From an uncultured Ignavibacteriales bacterium (GTDB lineage Bacteria; Bacteroidota; Ignavibacteria; Tepidaquicellales; OLB5), in assembly GCA_964461265.1 (NCBI GenBank), contig CAYWTS010000002.1, forward strand, positions 141,030 to 205,029: 64,000 nucleotides of DNA, given 5' to 3'. Positions within the stretch are counted from its first letter, which is position 1. Each line of letters opens with the position of its first letter. The notes under the pieces were generated by a model. The model saw only the letters and a program-made list of their open reading frames with translations. It searched no databases and was not told the origin of the DNA. Made by a program: the position numbers and the translations under genes. Shown piece after piece: positions 37,803 through 47,814 of this stretch.

Positions 37803-39280
37803 TATCTCAATACTATTTCCTTGTCGCTAAAATGGTATTTTTTATCACCGATTATCTGGTAATCTTCGTGTCCTTTGCCTGCAATAAGTATCACGTCATT
37901 TCTATCGGAAAGCTTAATTGCTTTGCAGATTGCTTCTTCACGATTTTCAATCACAAGATATTTTTTCGATTTAAAACCTGTTTCTATTTCAGAAATTATG
38001 TCCATCGGTTTTTCATTACGCGGATTGTCTGAAGTTACAATTACCGTATCGCTTAGTTCTTCGGCAATAGCAGCCATTTTAGGTCTTTTAGTTCTATCAC
38101 GGTTACCGCCGCAGCCAAAAACGGTTATTACTTTACCCTGTAACGAATTCACAGAACGTATCTCGCGAATAGTGCTGAGTACATTTAATAATGAATCTGG
38201 AGTATGCGAATAATCAACAATTGCAATTGAACCGTTTTTCAGTACAAACTGCATAAACCTGCCTTCAACCGGTTTAAATTCTGCAACAGCATCACGGATT
38301 GTTTTAAATGTCAGCTTATAAGTTTTTAATGCTGCAACAGCTGCCATTATATTATAAACATTGAATTTCCCGGTCAGTTTAGATTTAAAAGAAATTTTAT
38401 CTTTGCCTTCACCGTTTAACGGAACAAGCATATCGAAGCTCATGCCTTTAAAATCCATCTTCAATTCCTTTACCGAATAGGCTGAACTGCCGAAACCAAA
38501 AGAAATTCTCTCAGCTTCGGTGTTTTCTACTGCTTTTTTACCGTACGGGTCATCGGAATTATAGACAGATACAGTGTTAAAATTCTTTAGGTTAATGCGT
38601 TTAAGCGAATCAAAAAGAATCTTTTTAGCTTTAAAGTAATTATCTACCGTCTCATGGAAATCAAGATGTTCAGGTGTCAGATTCGTAAATACTGCAACAT
38701 CAAATTCGATTCCATTAATTCTTTTCATAATAAGTGAATGAGAAGAAACCTCCATAGTAACATATTCAACCCCTCTTGAATACATTTCATTTAACAACCG
38801 GTTTAATTCAACCGATTCCGGGGTAGTAAACTCAGTATGAAAGAATTCATCATTAATATAATTTCCATTAGTTCCTATCAATCCGGTTTTGTAACCAGCG
38901 TATCTAAGAACAAAATTTATTAGACTGGTAACTGTTGTTTTTCCGTTAGTTCCGGTTACACCGGTTACTTTCATTTTATGAGAAGGGAAATCATAAAATA
39001 TATTGCTAAGGGAAGCAAGTGTGCTTCTGCAATCGTTCACTTTATGTACGCATGGATACGGGAAAATCCGGCTGCTATCTGTAAATACAGCAGAAGCACC
39101 CTTAGATATTACTTCCGGAACGTAAACGTTTCCGTCGTGTCTTAAACCTTTCAATGCAAAAAAAACGTCACCGGCTTTAATTTTCCGTGAATCATAACAA
39201 AGCGAATTGACCTTAAAGTCATTCTTTGGCTTAAGACCTGTTAGCTCAGGTGATTTTATTATTAATTCAGAAAACATCAT
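37796..39280 (-). CDS. murE: UDP-N-acetylmuramoylalanyl-D-glutamate--2,6-diaminopimelate ligase
   Basis: 494 aa. GVTGTNGKTTVT; DNPR motif (SDNPRNE). Confidence 0.93.
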   Translation of the reverse strand: MMFSELIIKSPELTGLKPKNDFKVNSLCYDSRKIKAGDVFFALKGLRHDGNVYVPEVISKGASAVFTDSSRIFPYPCVHKVNDCRSTLASLSNIFYDFPSHKMKVTGVTGTNGKTTVTSLINFVLRYAGYKTGLIGTNGNYINDEFFHTEFTTPESVELNRLLNEMYSRGVEYVTMEVSSHSLIMKRINGIEFDVAVFTNLTPEHLDFHETVDNYFKAKKILFDSLKRINLKNFNTVSVYNSDDPYGKKAVENTEAERISFGFGSSAYSVKELKMDFKGMSFDMLVPLNGEGKDKISFKSKLTGKFNVYNIMAAVAALKTYKLTFKTIRDAVAEFKPVEGRFMQFVLKNGSIAIVDYSHTPDSLLNVLSTIREIRSVNSLQGKVITVFGCGGNRDRTKRPKMAAIAEELSDTVIVTSDNPRNEKPMDIISEIETGFKSKKYLVIENREEAICKAIKLSDRNDVILIAGKGHEDYQIIGDKKYHFSDKEIVLRYC

Positions 39281-41436
39281 TCAGCTTTAAGTTCCTGGCA
39301 ATAAATAAATACTTTCTGGTTTCTCAGGATCTGTTCTCCCGGTTGCGGTTTTTGCCCGGTAACAATTCCGTTACCCGATATAATAAATTCAAGCCCAAGT
39401 GCTGACATCATACTAATTGAATTTCGTACGCTCATACCTTTAAGCTCAGGTACTATTATATAACTGCCTTTTACATTTCTTGTCATTATCTGATTTTTAT
39501 CTGCTGTTTCCAATATTACCTTTTCTACTGAACCATCGTCATCAGGAACCATCTTACAGCTTTTTATAACTGCATTTTTTAACGGACCGTTAACTTCAAA
39601 ATCAATCTTTTTTTCGGTTAAGATATATGCAGCATCTTCGAGGTTGATATCATCCAGTTTCAGATCAGATTCATTATAATAATGATTCTGAAGCTGCTGA
39701 TTTGTTACATCCATAGCTATGTTATCTTTCACGAACAATATATCATTACCGTTCATACCTTCAAGCTGAATTAACCGTTCAGCAATTTTTTTAAATACAG
39801 GTGCTGCAACCTTTCCGCCGTAAATCTGCCCGGCCATAGGTGCATCTACGACAACCGAAATTACTATCTGCGGATTTTCAGCAGGAAAATAACCGATAAA
39901 AGAAGACGTGTAGAACTGTTTAGAATATTCACCGTTAACAATCTTTTGTGAAGTGCCTGTTTTACCTGCAATTTTTACTTCATCCATCCTTGCTTCGGTC
40001 CCTGTTCCTCTTTCAACTACACCGCTTAAAAATGATGTGATTGTTCTTGCCGATTGCTCGGAAATTACCGTTCTTAACTTAGTCGGTTGGTTTTCAAATT
40101 CCAATATTCCATCGGGTGTTAATTCTTTTTTTATAATGTACGGCTTCATCAATATTCCGTTGTTTGCAATACATGCATAAGCATTTGTAATCTGCACAGT
40201 ATTTACCATTACTTCGTATCCGATTGACGAAAACCTTAATGAAACTTTTGAATATTCCACAGGCTTTTTAAGCTGTCCTTTCATTTCACCGGGGTAATCG
40301 ATACCGCTGTAAATGCCAAATCCGAAATCCCTGGCATATTTATAGAACCGCTCTGCTCCCAGCTTTTCTGCTGATTTAACAATACCAACATTACTCGATT
40401 GTTCCACAACCTGCTGGAATGTAAGACTGGAAGATTTATGGCTGTCTTTTATGATAATATCATAAATTTTATACTCTCCTCCGTTTGTTTCTACTATGGA
40501 ATTTTTATTTTCCAAACCTTCTTCAAGGCATGCAGATGCAGTCACAATCTTAAAGGTAGAGCCGGGTTCATACATATCGGTGACTGCGGTTAATTTACCG
40601 TAATCAGGTTCATTCCCGTTAATCGTCTGGTTGCGGTATGAATAAACTCCAAGCACTTCCCCGGTTTTAACCGACATAATTAAACACTTACCGCCTTCAG
40701 CATTATTGGCATCGATACCTGCTTTAAGCTCTTCTTCAACTATCTTCTGTATATCAAGATCTATGGTTAAAACCACACCATTTCCGTTTACAGGATCCAC
40801 ACGCGGGTATTCAAGAGCCGGGCGTTTTTTCCCCAGTCCGTCTTTTTGCATAACAACGTATCCTTCTTTACCTGCAAGGTCGGTTTCACATTCAAGCTCT
40901 ATGCCGCTGATTCCCTTATTATCTGTATCGGTAACACCTATTATTTGTGATGCAACACTGCCGTAATTTTTGGTTCTTTCCGATTCGTTCTGTTTTATAA
41001 TCCCTGTTATATTGATGTCTTTAACAAGTGAATCGAACGAAGGGTCAATTCTTCTTTCGAGCCAAACAAATGATGTGTTTTTCGAATTTAGCTTATCGAG
41101 ATAGTAAGATTTATCTTTCTGAAATATTCTGGCAAATACCTCTGCAACGGAATCTTTATTATCTATCATATTCGGATCAGCTGCAAAAGTTATCCTCGTT
41201 GTATTGGTTACAAGTGCATTGAATTTACGGTCATAAATTATACCGCGGGTGGGAATCAGAGGTATGCTTTTTTCATACTGCCGTTTTGCCGCAAGCTGGT
41301 ATTTTGAACTATCTATAACCTGAATGGTAAACAATTTTACGGCTACAATAATAAGAAGACACAGGAAAAATATAATAAATACGCTAATACGCCTGTTTGT
41401 GTTTGCTTGGTTAGTATTTTTTCCCTTTTCAGACAA
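39277..41436 (-). CDS. ftsI: class B penicillin-binding protein FtsI/PBP3 with C-terminal PASTA domain(s)
   Basis: 719 aa. N-terminal TM helix; STFK, SSN and KTGT active-site motifs. The last ~60 aa (VPELKGMSVRNSISMMSALGLEFIISGNGIVTGQKPQPGEQI) are PASTA-like. Confidence 0.93.
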   Translation of the reverse strand: MSEKGKNTNQANTNRRISVFIIFFLCLLIIVAVKLFTIQVIDSSKYQLAAKRQYEKSIPLIPTRGIIYDRKFNALVTNTTRITFAADPNMIDNKDSVAEVFARIFQKDKSYYLDKLNSKNTSFVWLERRIDPSFDSLVKDINITGIIKQNESERTKNYGSVASQIIGVTDTDNKGISGIELECETDLAGKEGYVVMQKDGLGKKRPALEYPRVDPVNGNGVVLTIDLDIQKIVEEELKAGIDANNAEGGKCLIMSVKTGEVLGVYSYRNQTINGNEPDYGKLTAVTDMYEPGSTFKIVTASACLEEGLENKNSIVETNGGEYKIYDIIIKDSHKSSSLTFQQVVEQSSNVGIVKSAEKLGAERFYKYARDFGFGIYSGIDYPGEMKGQLKKPVEYSKVSLRFSSIGYEVMVNTVQITNAYACIANNGILMKPYIIKKELTPDGILEFENQPTKLRTVISEQSARTITSFLSGVVERGTGTEARMDEVKIAGKTGTSQKIVNGEYSKQFYTSSFIGYFPAENPQIVISVVVDAPMAGQIYGGKVAAPVFKKIAERLIQLEGMNGNDILFVKDNIAMDVTNQQLQNHYYNESDLKLDDINLEDAAYILTEKKIDFEVNGPLKNAVIKSCKMVPDDDGSVEKVILETADKNQIMTRNVKGSYIIVPELKGMSVRNSISMMSALGLEFIISGNGIVTGQKPQPGEQILRNQKVFIYCQELKAE

Positions 41437-41446
41437 CTTATAATAT

Positions 41447-41758
41447 TTATTCGGTTTTAACTAATTGTGATTTCTCAATGGGCAGTATCTTAATATTCTG
41501 TTTCAAAAACGTCAGCTTCAGATTTCCCTCAGCAGCTGGTTTAATTTTATCGTATGTTGTTAGATATTCAATCTCTGCCTGCAGACTGTTATTAGTTCCC
41601 GATACCCTTCTTATTTCTTCTTTCAATAAGTTATTTTCCACTACGAGTGAGTTTACATATATTATATTGTAAACAAGGAATACTATAACACCAACAGCAG
41701 AAAACAATCCTATCAGGAAATTAAAAAGTGAAATACGGTTTTTATTATTGTTTCTCAT
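41447..41758 (-). CDS. ftsL: cell division protein FtsL
   Basis: 103 aa. Single TM helix plus a short coiled coil. Position between rsmH and ftsI. Confidence 0.75.
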   Translation of the reverse strand: MRNNNKNRISLFNFLIGLFSAVGVIVFLVYNIIYVNSLVVENNLLKEEIRRVSGTNNSLQAEIEYLTTYDKIKPAAEGNLKLTFLKQNIKILPIEKSQLVKTE

Positions 41759-42644
41759 TAAGCTTACGGGCTGCTCTTAATTTTGCGCTCCTTGAACGCG
41801 GATTATTCAAAACTTCCGTATCACCAGCCATTAACGGCTTTTTTGTTATTACTTCCAGTCTGTCTTTATCCCTGAAAAAATGTTTTACTATCCTGTCTTC
41901 AAGCGAATGATATGATACAACAACTATCCTTGCATCAGGTTTCAGATAGCTCGTTACATCGCTAAGGCATTTTTTCAGATTATTCAATTCGTTATTAACT
42001 TCTATCCTGATAGCCTGAAAAATTTTCGAAAGTTCCCTGTTTAAAAATCTCTGGGGAATTTTTTTCCTGAAAATTTCGAAAACATCACCGGTGGTTTCAA
42101 ACCTTCTGCTGTTCCTGCATTCAATAATCTCAGAAACGATTTTTTTGTAATTTCTCACCTCGCCGTAATCCCTGAATACTTTCCACAGACTTTCCCTGTC
42201 ATATTTATTCAGCACATCTGCAGCGGTTACTTTCAGGTCTTTTCCGGTTCGCATGTCGAGTAACGTGTTTTTCAAATAACTGAAGCCATCTTCGTAATCA
42301 AGCTGGTATGTTGATAAACCCAGATCAAGCACAATTCCGTCTATCTTTTCAGTACCATTTTGTTCTAGTAATAAACCTATATCAGCAAAATTTCCTATAA
42401 TAATCTTCAGACAACTGCTGTATTCATTAATTATATTCCTTGCATAGCTTAAAACATTTGCGTCCCGGTCAATCCCGATAACATTTACCTTACGATTAAG
42501 ATAATCCAGAATCCTCTTTGAATACCCTCCGCTGCCGAACGTTCCGTCAACAAATACTGCATCAGCCGTTCCTTTATAACCGGATAGAAGGATATCTACC
42601 GCTTCATTTAAAAGAACGGGCACATGATAAATATTCTCCTGCAT
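41745..42644 (-). CDS. rsmH: 16S rRNA (cytosine1402-N4)-methyltransferase
   Basis: 299 aa. HVPVLLNEAVD, DGTFGSGGYS and SYHSLEDR motifs. Confidence 0.96.
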   Translation of the reverse strand: MQENIYHVPVLLNEAVDILLSGYKGTADAVFVDGTFGSGGYSKRILDYLNRKVNVIGIDRDANVLSYARNIINEYSSCLKIIIGNFADIGLLLEQNGTEKIDGIVLDLGLSTYQLDYEDGFSYLKNTLLDMRTGKDLKVTAADVLNKYDRESLWKVFRDYGEVRNYKKIVSEIIECRNSRRFETTGDVFEIFRKKIPQRFLNRELSKIFQAIRIEVNNELNNLKKCLSDVTSYLKPDARIVVVSYHSLEDRIVKHFFRDKDRLEVITKKPLMAGDTEVLNNPRSRSAKLRAARKLNEKQ

Positions 42645-42651
42645 AAGGAGA

Positions 42652-43119
42652 TTAATTTTTGATTGGATAAACCGGTGATTTTTTCTTTCCGAGCACTTTT
42701 TCCATCACATCCTCGTAAGATTGGCCGCTGCTCTGTAAGTATATATCGAATGTTTCAGGATTCCAGATCTCAACTTTATTAAGCTGACCGATTAGAAGAA
42801 CTTCTTTCTTAATGTTTACAACCTGCATCGTTTTCTGTGAAAGAAGAATTCTGAATTGTGCATCAATTTGAAATTCTTCTGCGTGATATAAAAACTGCCT
42901 TAATAGCCTTGTATCGGATTCTGCGTACTCATCAAGCTGTAATAGTTTTTCTTTTGTCTTCAGCCATTGAACATCATCATACAGCCATAAACAGCTGTCT
43001 CGTCCCAGAATAATGTGAACTTTCCCGTTAGCTTCAGCGGGAATGTTCCTACGGAATTTTGCAGGGATGATAAGACGTCCTTTATCATCAAGTGACTGTA
43101 TTACACTTCCTTCGTACAT
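42652..43119 (-). CDS. mraZ: transcriptional regulator MraZ
   Basis: Start placed at the internal ATG (MYEGSVIQSLDDKGRLIIPAKFR...), giving about 155 aa with two SpoVT/AbrB-like repeats. The longer ORF-track N-terminus runs through the operator repeats. Confidence 0.9.
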   Translation of the reverse strand: MYEGSVIQSLDDKGRLIIPAKFRRNIPAEANGKVHIILGRDSCLWLYDDVQWLKTKEKLLQLDEYAESDTRLLRQFLYHAEEFQIDAQFRILLSQKTMQVVNIKKEVLLIGQLNKVEIWNPETFDIYLQSSGQSYEDVMEKVLGKKKSPVYPIKN

Positions 43120-43160
43120 TCGAATATTTTTTTTGGGCAGGATTGAGAGGGTGGGTTTAA

Positions 43161-43199
43161 TTCCCCAATTCCCCACTTTCCTCCACTTTCCTCCACCAC
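43161..43199 (-). promoter_or_regulatory. MraZ-type operator: phased GTGG(A/G)G direct repeats
   Basis: Minus strand reads GTG GTGGAGGAAA GTGGAGGAAA GTGGGGAATT GGGGAA, three to four repeats at 10-nt phasing, 42 nt upstream of the mraZ ATG. A TATTTTTG motif (43199-43206) lies immediately 5'. Confidence 0.6.
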
Positions 43200-43599
43200 A
43201 AAAATAATGAATAAAATACAAAAGTCAAGCCCCGAAATGGATAATCTTTAGATTTTTTTAAGGTTTGGTAAGAGAGAAGAAATTAGGGAAAAAAGGGTAT
43301 AATTATTTAATTTCGTTCGAAGAAAGAGCGAAACATATCTTCTCCGTCAATATTGACAATGACTGAAAAAAAAGATTGAATCGGTAGGAAACGCTAGCGG
43401 TATAAAACCTAATGCTATACTAAATGAATGCTATTAGTATTGTACTAGCTCACGATGTTACGGTTTGTTTAAAATCACGGTATCTACGTGTTTCATTACG
43501 CCACTCAGTATAAACAGCATCAACACTCGGTTCATTAAGAGGTCGTAAATCATTGTTCTAATTTTCACTTTCTTGTTCCATGTTAAAGATTTAAAAATA

Positions 43600-44349
43600 T
43601 TAAAACAAATGAAAAATTTCTATTGAAGCACGGACAAATAAAATAATACCAAGTATAAACAATGTAATACCGGCAGCAATATTCAATTTATTTACCGTAG
43701 TAATATTAATTCTGTGTTTATTACTGGTTATCAGTCTTAACAAAACATAAAACCATAAAGCTGTTCCGGCAAATGCACCTGCAGAAAAAACAAGCCCGTC
43801 TATAATACCGGTATTTATAATCCTGTAACCCTTCAGATAGCCCACAACTGCAACCCATGAGGCAGGTAAGGTAATAGAGGACATGCAGAGCATAACACCC
43901 ATCATAAATAATCCTGTGTAACTTGATTTTGAAACAACAGGAACATGTGTATGCTTGGTAAATTCAATTGCCTTCTCTTCGGCTTCCTGTAGCTTTTCGG
44001 ATTGTTTTTCTTCCATTTCTTCAAAGCCAATCTTCGACTTCATTATCTTATAACCGTAAACCACAACAACCATACATCCAAGATAGGTTAGTATAATAAT
44101 AATAGAGGAAACATTCTCGTTGTAAAATTCACCTGCTTTATCGGGTAAAAAAGAAAGGACAAGTGAAATGCCGCCGAAGGCGATTAAGCAGTAGACAAAA
44201 TCCATAAATGCAGAACCAAGTGCAATAGCCATGCCTTCCTTAATCTCATTTTTAAAGCCTTTAGAAATAAGTGCAAAAGCAATTGGTCCCAGCGGAGGGA
44301 TGGATACAAGAAATCCTGTAATTATACCTGTAACTAATGATGTCAGCAT
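43600..44349 (-). CDS. LysE-family-like membrane transporter with a charged central loop
   Basis: 249 aa, about 6 TM helices. The N-terminal GFLVSIPPLGPIAFALISKG resembles the LysE/RhtB signature. Acidic insert EEMEEKQSEKLQEAEEKA. Confidence 0.5.
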   Translation of the reverse strand: MLTSLVTGIITGFLVSIPPLGPIAFALISKGFKNEIKEGMAIALGSAFMDFVYCLIAFGGISLVLSFLPDKAGEFYNENVSSIIIILTYLGCMVVVVYGYKIMKSKIGFEEMEEKQSEKLQEAEEKAIEFTKHTHVPVVSKSSYTGLFMMGVMLCMSSITLPASWVAVVGYLKGYRIINTGIIDGLVFSAGAFAGTALWFYVLLRLITSNKHRINITTVNKLNIAAGITLFILGIILFVRASIEIFHLF

Positions 44350-44556
44350 TAATTAAATTTTAACCGAAATGATACTCAAATGTAACAATCCCAAACAAAC
44401 AATTAAACACCTAATTTAATATTATCAACCATCCGGTTTGATTCGTTTTTAACGAATCAGCAACCTCACCCTGCTGTACAGGTGTTAAGGTAACGCGTAG
44501 GCGCCAGGCAGGCTTCAGCGGGATGAGACTTATTACAGCCTATTCAATACACATTG

Positions 44557-45483
44557 CTAACTATTACAGGTTTTCTTTAATGTTTCCCTCCCTTCAGGTT
44601 CGATATGTATAAATACATCGTGTATACTTGGAAATTTGGATATAATAAAGTCTTTCACCTCATGGGCAATAAAATGCCCCTCTTTAACCGAGATATTTGC
44701 ATCCACTACTACATGCAGGTCAACATAAAAATCCAAACCCATTTTTCTCACATTACATTTATCAAGCCCAACAACTCCGTTTACATCCAACGCAGTATTC
44801 AGTATCTGTTCTTTTATAGATTCATGCGGAGCTGTATCCATAATTTCATCAAACGCAGGTTTGAAAATCCGGTAGGCATTAAACGAAATAATTACAGAAG
44901 CGAATAAAGCAGCATAATCATCGGCACTTTCAAATCCTTTACCGCCAATAAGAGCGATAGAAATACCAACAAATACTGCTGCGGATGTAATAGCATCGCT
45001 CCGGTGATGCCATGCATCGCTTACAACTGCGGTGCTTTTTATATCATTTCCCACACGAAACACAAACCGGTAAAGCATTTCTTTTACAACCACTACAATA
45101 ATCAAAACAATTAACGTGAATGGTGCAGGTGCATGGTGCGGTGTTATGATTTCGTGAATACTTTGGATAACTATTAAAACTGAAGCAGCAAAAAGGGCAA
45201 GAGATACTAATATTGCAGCTATAGGTTCGGCTTTTCCGTGTCCGTAGGGATGGTCTTTATCGGGAGGTTTAGCAGAAATTTTCAATCCTCCCCAAACTAT
45301 TAACGAGCTGAATATATCAGTTGACGATTCTATTGCATCTGCAATAAGAGCATAAGAATTGCCAAGAAATCCGGTTATACCCTTCGCGGCTGCAAGGAAT
45401 ACATTAATTGTAATACCTGCTAAAGTAGAACGTAAACCCTTTACCGAAGGGTGCGGAGTATTTGGTTTTCCGAGCGAGGTCAA
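44557..45483 (-). CDS. cation diffusion facilitator (CDF) family metal efflux transporter
   Basis: 308 aa with a TTG start. ALIADAIESSTDIFSS, DHPYGHGKAEP and a C-terminal cytoplasmic domain. Confidence 0.88.
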   Translation of the reverse strand: MTSLGKPNTPHPSVKGLRSTLAGITINVFLAAAKGITGFLGNSYALIADAIESSTDIFSSLIVWGGLKISAKPPDKDHPYGHGKAEPIAAILVSLALFAASVLIVIQSIHEIITPHHAPAPFTLIVLIIVVVVKEMLYRFVFRVGNDIKSTAVVSDAWHHRSDAITSAAVFVGISIALIGGKGFESADDYAALFASVIISFNAYRIFKPAFDEIMDTAPHESIKEQILNTALDVNGVVGLDKCNVRKMGLDFYVDLHVVVDANISVKEGHFIAHEVKDFIISKFPSIHDVFIHIEPEGRETLKKTCNS

Positions 45484-45612
45484 ATTTCAAAAGTAAATGT
45501 TTCCCTCAGAGCGGGATTTTGTCCCGACGCCTCGGGACTCAACAATGTTCAATTAAATAGAATATAAATTCAATGGAATTTTCAATGCTCAGTGTCGCTG
45601 TCAGGAAAAAAA

Positions 45613-46410
45613 TTAAGCCAAACCCGGTTTCTTGGAATGTAATATTCTTAAAACTTTATTGTGAATCATTCCATTGGTGGCAAGTGCTGTTCCTTCGTAA
45701 ATTGAATCATTACCCGTAACAGATGTAAGCTTACCCCCGGCTTCTTCGATACAAATTTTTAGTGCAGCTATATCGTATGGTGCAACATGCGGGTCAAGCA
45801 TTATTTCGGCACCTCCGTTCATAATTAACGTATAGCCATGACAATCTCCGAAACCCCTTGTGTGAAAACACTTTTCAGCCAGCTTAAAGAAATTTTGTTT
45901 GTAGCTGCTTTTCAGTATGTAATCAATACCTCCGTATATTAAAAATGATTCTTCAATTTTACTATGCTTGCTTACTTTTACTCGCTTGCCATTATAAAAT
46001 GTACCCGTTCCTTTAGCTGCATAAATAAATTCATTCAATGCCGGTAAATACACTACACCTAAAACTACTTTCCCCAGATATTCCAGTGCCAGCAAAGTTC
46101 CCCAGAATGGATTATGCCGCATAAAGTTCTTTGTTCCGTCTATTGGGTCAATTATCCATTTAAAATCAGAATTATTTTCTTTAATCCCGTTTTCTTCCGA
46201 TAATATATTGTGAGCAGGAAACTTAGTTTTTATTTTCTTTATCAGGTAGTTTTCACATTTCAGGTCAGCTATTGTAACAGGTGAAAGGTTTTCCTTCAGC
46301 TTGTACTTAATCTTCTTTCTGTAATACTTCATAGTAATATCCGAAGATTTTCTGACTATACTGCAGGAATATCCGAGCAGTTCCCCGAGTTTCTTATTGT
46401 TTAATTCCAT
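45613..46410 (-). CDS. inositol monophosphatase / HisN-family phosphatase
   Basis: 265 aa. WIIDPIDGTKNF and GFGDCHGY motifs. Confidence 0.85.
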   Translation of the reverse strand: MELNNKKLGELLGYSCSIVRKSSDITMKYYRKKIKYKLKENLSPVTIADLKCENYLIKKIKTKFPAHNILSEENGIKENNSDFKWIIDPIDGTKNFMRHNPFWGTLLALEYLGKVVLGVVYLPALNEFIYAAKGTGTFYNGKRVKVSKHSKIEESFLIYGGIDYILKSSYKQNFFKLAEKCFHTRGFGDCHGYTLIMNGGAEIMLDPHVAPYDIAALKICIEEAGGKLTSVTGNDSIYEGTALATNGMIHNKVLRILHSKKPGLA

Positions 46411-46602
46411 AATGCAAAATTAACTATTCTTAACATTATATTATTTAAAAAAGTGTTCCCGTCTTGTTAAGTATTTATAATTATGTATAATTTATAATGT
46501 TCACTTGATTGATTTTTAATAAAAATTTAACAAAACATATCTATGTTTGTAAAGTAATGAATAATTATAATACATTGTTTGATTTTTGCATATAAAAAAA
46601 CT

Positions 46603-47559
46603 ATGAAAATAGCTCATATATCAGATTTACACATAGATATTAACCGTGAAAGTAAAAAAAATTACAATAAGAGCAAGGCACTATTAGAACTCCTGATACG
46701 GGAGGGCTTTGACCATCTGATTATAACAGGAGATATTGTTGAAAATGCAGATAAACAAAGCTTTCAACTGGTTCGAAATTTGTTAAATTCATACGGGCTG
46801 CTTGATTCTGAAAAAACTACAGTAATACCCGGCAATCACGATATATATGGCGGTGTATATTTGGCTGAAGACGTTCCGAATTTCCCAAAAAGATGTATGA
46901 AAACAAATTACAATGCAAAGGTTGAAGAATTTTCCGAATATTTTAAAGAAACCTTCAATAATTGCTATTACCCGCTGAAAAATAAATTATTCCCCTTTGT
47001 TAAAGAACTTAAAGATGTTATACTGATAGGGCTGAACTCAGTTGCGCAATACTCACTGTTCAATAACCCATTTGCATCAAACGGAAAGATATCAAAAGAC
47101 CAGATTAACTGTCTTAAGAAAATTTTTAAATCATCTTATTACAAAAAAACAAAAAAAATTATTCTTACTCACCATCATTTCTACAAACAGCCCATTGACT
47201 GCACATACACCAGTAATTTTTGGCGTAAAATCGAAAAACAGACTATGAAACTTAAAAACAAAAAATCGCTTATAAAGCTATTTACCAAATACAAAACGGA
47301 TGCCGTATTGCACGGACACATGCATGAGACTTTTTTCTATTTTAGAAAAGAGCAGCTTTTTATGAATGCAGGCGGCTCTGTTTTAAACAAAAATGAAAAT
47401 ACGTTTGAAGTTAATTATATAAACGTTAATGCTGATTCGTTACGCTATAATATATGCACATTTAGTAATTTAAAAGAAAATACCATCCAAAAATCCGCTT
47501 ATATTAAAACACAATCCAAAACCGGTATACCGGTCCCGGCAGAATTCAGTCTTAACTGA
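46603..47559 (+). CDS. calcineurin-like metallophosphoesterase
   Basis: MKIAHISDLHID, GDIVEN, GNHD and HGHMH motifs. ATG 46603 is preferred over the TTG at 46579. Confidence 0.85.
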   Translation: MKIAHISDLHIDINRESKKNYNKSKALLELLIREGFDHLIITGDIVENADKQSFQLVRNLLNSYGLLDSEKTTVIPGNHDIYGGVYLAEDVPNFPKRCMKTNYNAKVEEFSEYFKETFNNCYYPLKNKLFPFVKELKDVILIGLNSVAQYSLFNNPFASNGKISKDQINCLKKIFKSSYYKKTKKIILTHHHFYKQPIDCTYTSNFWRKIEKQTMKLKNKKSLIKLFTKYKTDAVLHGHMHETFFYFRKEQLFMNAGGSVLNKNENTFEVNYINVNADSLRYNICTFSNLKENTIQKSAYIKTQSKTGIPVPAEFSLN

Positions 47560-47814
47560 TTAAATTCTGAACTCAAATACATTTTATATTAATATACAAG
47601 TATGACATCCGCAGGGTGTCAGACAGCTTTTTTTACAGCTGATATTCACTTTTTCCCTCACACATAAATGTATAGCTTTCCGTTTTTTAGAACCTCTAAA
47701 TACATTCTATACAGGATTTGTTAATAATCTGTCATGATTAGGTTACATTCAATTGATTATACAAACTTATTATTATAATTTTGTGCATTTCAAACATTTA
47801 AACATTACAAATTA

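Noticed and set aside
43120-43221. 34-codon N-terminal extension of mraZ in the ORF track (MYFIHYFCGGGKWRKVGNWG...).
   Set aside because: It is a translation of the GTGGAGGAAA operator repeats. MraZ homologs begin at the internal MYEGS... with the DDKGR motif near the N-terminus.
43453-43581. 43-codon minus-strand reading frame (MEQESEN-TAG-NNDLRPLNEPSVDAVYTEWRNETRRYRDFKQTVTS) with an in-frame TAG, considered as possible stop-codon readthrough or recoding.
   Set aside because: It is too short, has no recognisable family and there is no other evidence of recoding in the window. It is most simply a gene remnant or chance ORF in the LysE-mraZ spacer.
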